Assembly: GCA_965223345.1 (NCBI GenBank)
Contig: CBDCWG010000012.1
Span: 2,624,001 to 2,688,000 of the forward strand
DNA: 64,000 nucleotides
Direction of reading: 5' to 3'
From: Nitrospinales bacterium
GTDB lineage: Bacteria; Nitrospinota; Nitrospinia; Nitrospinales; VA-1
The notes beneath the pieces are model-generated. The model was not told the DNA's origin. It did no database searches and saw only the letters and a program-made list of their open reading frames with translations. The position numbers and the translations under genes are program-made. Shown here in pieces: positions 62,529-64,000 of this stretch (position 1 is its first letter; each line of letters begins with the position of its first letter).

Positions 62529-63764
62529 TCAGCGGCAAATGTCGTTGGCGGTGACGAAATAACGGGTGTTATCGAGAAACGTCTTGCTGCCCTGACGGCT
62601 CAATTGAAAGGTGCGCTGGTTGCCGTCGTTGAAGGCGAAGTGGATCGTCGGCTGGCCGCCCTGCGAGCGGATGCTCCAGGTGCCCGCCCCACCGGCGCGG
62701 CTGTGCGAGGAACCGAAACCGGCGTCGATGTCGAAACTCATCGAGTCACTGCCGCTGTAGGAAAAGCTGCTGTCGCTGCAGAGCGCGTACACGATTTTCG
62801 TGCTGCCGCCGCCCTGGTAATCGCCGAAGGTGGACATGTAGGTCATCTTCATGCCGCGCAGTTTCTGGTCCCACTGCCGCACCAGCGGCGCAACCGACGG
62901 TGCGAACAGGTGCACATCCTCGATCGCCGTGTGGGCGGATGCCTTAAGGTTCGGCCATTGTTCCGGCGTGGTGAGGGCGGTGACGACGAGACCCGGCCCG
63001 CTCGGGGCGGTGAACCCGGCTAAAATGCCCTGCACCTGCGCGCCGTCCAGGGTCCCTGTGACCGGGACCATTTTCCCCGTGCCGCCTTTGACTTTGAGTG
63101 TTTCAGGCGAACCGGAGGGGACGAGGTTCACGCCCTCCTCCTGGTGACCGGACCGCATGCCCTCTTCGACGTCAGCGGGCGTCAATGAGGGTTCCGGCCG
63201 CACCAGAATCAGGCCCGGCGTCGTTTTGGAACCGAGCAGGTAAGCGCCGTCCTGGTTGTTGATCTGGAAGAACCCGCCCGCCAGGGCGAGGGAAAACCCG
63301 TCCTCTTTTTTCGTGAAGCGGCCGGCGCTCTCTTGCGGTGTCGTCTGCGGAGCCGCAGGCTTTGGCGTTTGCGGTGCGGGCTGCGCCAGCGGACCGGGTG
63401 ACTTGGGAGCAGCCGCTTGCCACTTTTGCAGGGAATACGTGGCGCCGCCGGTCAGCAGGGTCAGCACGTTCCCCTTGAGCGCCGCCTGAAACGGATAGCT
63501 GCCTCCGGCGTCGCGGTAGGTGCCCTGAAGGTTCTGTGCGGTTCCCCGCGCGGTGAGCGGATACGACGCGCCGTCCATCTGCGCCGTTCCGGTGTAGCCG
63601 CCCTGCCCTCCTTCAAGCGTGAGTGTCAGGCGTCCGTCGCTGAACGTTCCCGTCAGCGGGTCGGCGATAGCGAAAGACACAGGCAGCAACGCCGCAATGA
63701 ACAGCAGAAAGACGCAGAGGCGCAGGGCCCGCGCGGCACGGAACGGGGTCGGATTCGGGATCAT
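62529..63764 (-). CDS. Hypothetical exported multidomain protein
   Basis: Signal peptide, beta-rich N-domain, Pro/Ala linker, Gly/Ser-rich C-domain; AAGGA RBS. Confidence 0.78.
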   Translation of the reverse strand: MIPNPTPFRAARALRLCVFLLFIAALLPVSFAIADPLTGTFSDGRLTLTLEGGQGGYTGTAQMDGASYPLTARGTAQNLQGTYRDAGGSYPFQAALKGNVLTLLTGGATYSLQKWQAAAPKSPGPLAQPAPQTPKPAAPQTTPQESAGRFTKKEDGFSLALAGGFFQINNQDGAYLLGSKTTPGLILVRPEPSLTPADVEEGMRSGHQEEGVNLVPSGSPETLKVKGGTGKMVPVTGTLDGAQVQGILAGFTAPSGPGLVVTALTTPEQWPNLKASAHTAIEDVHLFAPSVAPLVRQWDQKLRGMKMTYMSTFGDYQGGGSTKIVYALCSDSSFSYSGSDSMSFDIDAGFGSSHSRAGGAGTWSIRSQGGQPTIHFAFNDGNQRTFQLSRQGSKTFLDNTRYFVTANDICR

Positions 63765-63861
63765 GATCGCTTCCTTGAATTTTTTTTGCAGTGTAGCAGA
63801 AGCGGTGCTGAGGGAGAACGGGAAACCGCGATGGCTTTTTCGGGAAACCGCGGGAATGGGG

Positions 63862-63999
63862 TCAGGCGGTGTTTCTCAGTTCGCGCAAGTAGCTGAGTTT
63901 TTTCGGGATGACACCGTCCTCGCAGTAATTGTGCTTGGCGAGGATCTTGATGTGGTCGAGCACGCGTTTGCTGCCTTCGAAATGCACGGTCTGGTAGCC
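63862..63999 (-). CDS. 3' end of a gene starting beyond the window
   Basis: Open frame GYQTVHFEGSKRVLDHIKILAKHNYCEDGVIPKKLSYLRELRNTA* with host-like codons. Confidence 0.6.
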   Translation of the reverse strand, partial: GYQTVHFEGSKRVLDHIKILAKHNYCEDGVIPKKLSYLRELRNTA

Positions 64000-64000
64000 T

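Overview
Bacterial chromosomal window, about 60% GC by eye, with roughly 62 CDS and no rRNA, tRNA, CRISPR, integrase or transposase that I can see. Gene content (DUF3365 heme proteins, FGE-sulfatase, DUF1566, PyrR-attenuated pyr operon, diderm envelope genes) suggests a Nitrospina-like organism, but this is unverified inference. Core loci: tamA-tamB; MacB-type ABC pair with pabB/pabC-like genes; bioF, bioH-like, DUF429-GAF-histidine kinase, bioC; cbpA-like dnaJ; ferredoxin and pduO-type adenosyltransferase; pyrR-pyrB-pyrC-carA-orf-carB with PyrR attenuator; nth; two lytic transglycosylases; scattered flagellar accessory genes; coaE; cvpA. Most notable: (1) a modular intergenic repeat family (modules A, B, C) that forms inverted arms around the ferredoxin/pduO pair and also brackets an AT-rich, apparently 5'-truncated TPR gene, suggesting a non-autonomous cargo-carrying or invertible element; (2) a DUF429 (RNase H-like) domain fused to a GAF histidine kinase inside the biotin operon; (3) an in-frame amber codon or non-canonical start at the fliK-like gene. 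All family calls are from motif recognition by eye; no database searches were run.
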